Shown piece by piece: positions 60,848-64,000 of a stretch of DNA of 64,000 nt. The position numbers and the translations under genes were made by a program. Each line of letters begins with the position of its first letter. The first letter of the stretch is position 1. Source of the DNA: Candidatus Hydrogenedentota bacterium (GTDB lineage: Bacteria > Hydrogenedentota > Hydrogenedentia > Hydrogenedentales > SLHB01); the NCBI GenBank assembly GCA_963745075.1, contig CAVUWV010000008.1, positions 384,001 through 448,000 of the forward strand, given 5' to 3'. A model generated the notes under the pieces. That model saw only the letters and a program-made list of their open reading frames with translations. It was not told the origin of the DNA and did not search any database.

Positions 60848-61159
60848 GGTATCTCTCCTTCGGCGTTTCAAATCCTCCATTATTCGTATTTTTACTATAC
60901 ACCCTCTCCCGTCCGTTCCGCAATGGCGAGGCGAGCGAGATTTCGGATTGCGGATTAGAAACGCGCGGGAGTCCGAGCCGACCGACAGTGGCCCTATTGA
61001 ATCGGTCCGATCGGACCGATCCGTCCGATCCGTCCGATCAGGCGTAGTGGGGGAAGGTACCTATCCTTCCACACGTATCCCGGCTTTCCTCCTGCCTCTG
61101 GTTTCCCTCCACCTTCCGCAATCCGCAATCCAGACTTCCGCCTGCTATAATCCCCCCCT

Positions 61160-63800
61160 ATGGCCCACCAGTGGAAAAAACTGAGCGATATCTCTGACTC
61201 GAAACTGACGCCCATGTTGCGACAATACCTGGAAGCCAAGGCGGAAAGCGGGGGCGAATCCCTCCTTTTCTTTCGGATGGGCGACTTTTACGAAATGTTC
61301 TTCGAGGACGCTGTCGCGGCGGCGGATATCCTCGGGATCGCCCTGACCTCCCGTGACGCCGTCAACAAGGACGACCGAATTCCCATGGCGGGCGTCCCGG
61401 TCCGGGCCGTCGACGCGTATATCGCCAAGGCCATCAAGGCCGGACGCATGGTGACCATCTGCGAACAGGTCGAGAACCCCAAGGATGCCAAGGGCGTCGT
61501 AAAACGGGCCATCGTCCGGACCATCACCCCCGGCACCGTCCTGGAACCGGAACTGCTCGAAGACGCGGCCAACAATTACCTCGGGTCCCTGTCGGTACGG
61601 AACGGAAAAGCCGGTCTCGCGCTGGTCGATGTCAGCACGGGCGAGTTTCTAACCGCCCAGATCGACGACGACCCGCTACGGACGCTTGCCGACGAACTGA
61701 CCCGCATGGCGCCCGCTGAAATGCTTGTCCCGGAATCGATGGACGAAGACGCGTTGAACGTCCTGAAACAACGCTTTCCCGGCTTGACCTTTGCGCGGCG
61801 GCCGGACGACGAATTCGACCCCGCCGACGGTAGGGAAATGCTGCTGGATCAGTTCGGGCTGAAGACCCTGAAAGGGCTGGGCCTCGACGACGCGCCCGAA
61901 GCCGTGGCCTGCGCCGGGGCCGTCGTGGCCTACGTGAAATCGACGCAGCGCGACGCGGTACCGCACCTGCGTTTTCCCAGGCGTTACAGCCCGTCCCAAT
62001 ACGTCGTCCTGGACGGCAACACCCAGCGCAACCTCGAACTCGTCGAGTCCATGACGGACCGAAAAGGCCGCGGGACATTGCTCTCCGTTCTCGACCGCAC
62101 CCAAACCAGCATGGGCGGACGCAAACTGCGCCATTGGATCCTGCATCCCCTGCTGGGCGTCGACGAGATTCGCGGTCGCCTCGACGCGGTCGAAGCGCTT
62201 CTCGACGACGCCGAGTTGCGGCTGCGGTTGCGCGACCTGCTCCGCGGCGTCGCGGACATCGAGCGCCTCACCGGCCGCTTGACCTCGCGTGCCGGCAACG
62301 CCCGGGACGTGAAGTCCCTGGGCTCGTCTCTCGGCCAGGCGCCTGCCTTACGCGATTTGCTGAACGGCGTTGAAGCGCCGTTGCTCGCCGGCATCCGCGA
62401 TACCATGGACACCCTGGACGACGTGGCCGGATGGATCGCATCGGCCGTCGTCGATGAGCCGCCCCTCGCCATCACCGAAGGCAACTTCATGCGGGACGGC
62501 TACGATCCGGAACTCGATCGGCTTCGCGATCTCGTCAAAGGCGGCCGCGACTGGATCGCGACCTTGCAGCGGGAAGAGTCCGCGCGCACCAAGATCCCCA
62601 ATCTGAAAGTGGGGTACAACAAAGTCTTCGGCTATTACCTCGAAGTGACCCGCGCCCACACCCATCTCGTCCCCGAGGATTACGAGCGCAAACAAACCCT
62701 CGTTAACGCCGAGCGCTACGTCACACCCACATTGAAATCGCGGGAAGAGGAGATCGTCACCGCCCAGGAAAAGATGCAGCAACTCGAATACGACCTTTTC
62801 GTCGCGTTACGCGATCGGATTGGCGCCGAAGCGCGGCGTCTTCAGGAAACCGCCGACGCCATCGCGACCGTCGACGTGCTGCTGTCCCTTGCCGAAGCCG
62901 CGGCAACCAAGGGATACGCCAAACCCACCATCGATGAATCCGACGAACTGCGCATCCGCGACGGCCGCCATCCCGTGGTGGAAGACCTCATGGCCCGCAA
63001 CGAGTTTGTTGCCAACGATACCGTTTTGGACCCGGCCAAGGCCGCGCTGCTCATCGTGACCGGGCCGAACATGGCGGGCAAATCGACTTACCTCCGCCAG
63101 GTCGCGCTAATCACGCTGATGGCGCAGATAGGAAGTTTCGTGCCGGCGGCCGAAGCCCATATCGGCGTCGTAGACCGCATCTTCACGCGGGTCGGCGCGT
63201 CCGACAATCTCGTGCGCGGCGAGAGCACGTTCATGGTCGAGATGATCGAGACCGCCAACATCATCAACACGGCGACCGAACGCAGCCTCCTCGTGCTCGA
63301 CGAAATCGGACGCGGCACCAGCACCTTCGACGGCATCAGCATTGCCTGGTCCGTCGCCGAGCACATTCACGATCGCATCCGCGCGAAGACCCTTTTCGCC
63401 ACGCACTACCACGAACTCACCGAACTCGCCAACAATCTCGAACGCGCCAAAAACCTGAACGTGGCCGTGCGCGAATGGGGCGGGAAAGTCGTGTTCCTCT
63501 ATCGCATCGTCGACGGCGGCGCGGACCACAGTTACGGAATCCAGGTCGCCAAGCTGGCAGGATCTGCCGCCGGCGGTGTTGGATCGCGCCCGCGACATTC
63601 TCGAATCCCTCGAAGCGGGCAACCCCGCGTCCACCGGGTTGCCGGAACAGATGTACCTCTTCGGCGCGCAGACCGCCGAGCCCAGCCGCGTCGAAAAAGA
63701 ACTCGAGACGATCGATCCCGACGAACTATCCCCGAAAGACGCCCACGAACTGGTCTGCCACCTGAAACACCTCATGGCCAAACCCCGCCACGAACGGTGA
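61160..63800 (+). CDS. mutS: DNA mismatch repair protein MutS (frameshift near 63562)
   Basis: TPMLRQY, FFRMGDFYEMF, TGPNMAGKSTYLRQ, STFMVEM, DEIGRGTST, SYGIQVA; C-terminal tetramerisation segment in another frame. Confidence 0.98.
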
Positions 63801-63821
63801 ACGGGCCTGACGCCAATTTTG

Positions 63822-63986
63822 TCGAAAGACCACAGCCGGGGGCGGCTGTGCCACACGTCTAACTCCGGAGACCTTGGCTTTGCTTTTCGTGCCACAGTGT
63901 TCGTCTGAAATCCGTGATGGAAAGACCGGAGACGACGTGTCGGTAAGGCGAGTGTGGCACAGCCGCCCCCGGCTGTGGTCTTTCGA
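63822..63986. repeat. REPIN/MITE-like element with perfect 35-bp terminal inverted repeats
   Basis: TCGAAAGACCACAGCCGGGGGCGGCTGTGCCACAC (63822-63856) and its exact reverse complement (63952-63986). Confidence 0.9.
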
Positions 63987-64000
63987 AGGCATCGGCGTTT

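Overview
GC-rich bacterial chromosomal window, mostly housekeeping. The overall gene content suggests Candidatus Hydrogenedentes or another PVC-like lineage; this is inference only. The left half (1-31.3 kb) holds glmS, a Nudix-pncA-pncB-nadE NAD-salvage operon, ilvB, rpsA, a DAACS transporter, an ECF sigma/anti-sigma/DUF4097 triad, pilT, murB, a PadR pair and sugar-catabolic oxidoreductases. The right half (31.7-64 kb) holds rpoBC, the str-S10-spc-alpha ribosomal cluster (no rplKAJL upstream, no rpmD, no rpsD) and mutS. Many essential genes are broken by single-base frameshifts, almost certainly uncorrected sequencing indels. I found no CRISPR array, tRNA, rRNA, integrase or transposase. The unexplained signal is mostly non-coding. 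Many intergenic spacers in the left half carry a polarised TCGTA(C/A) hexamer-array element, often as inverted pairs and once flanked by a 24-nt direct repeat. There are also 7-, 9- and 10-mer arrays, several REP/REPIN-like families, a candidate structured RNA leader, an uncalled 39-aa membrane peptide gene, and a tuf gene whose strand and codon bias is opposite to that of its operon.
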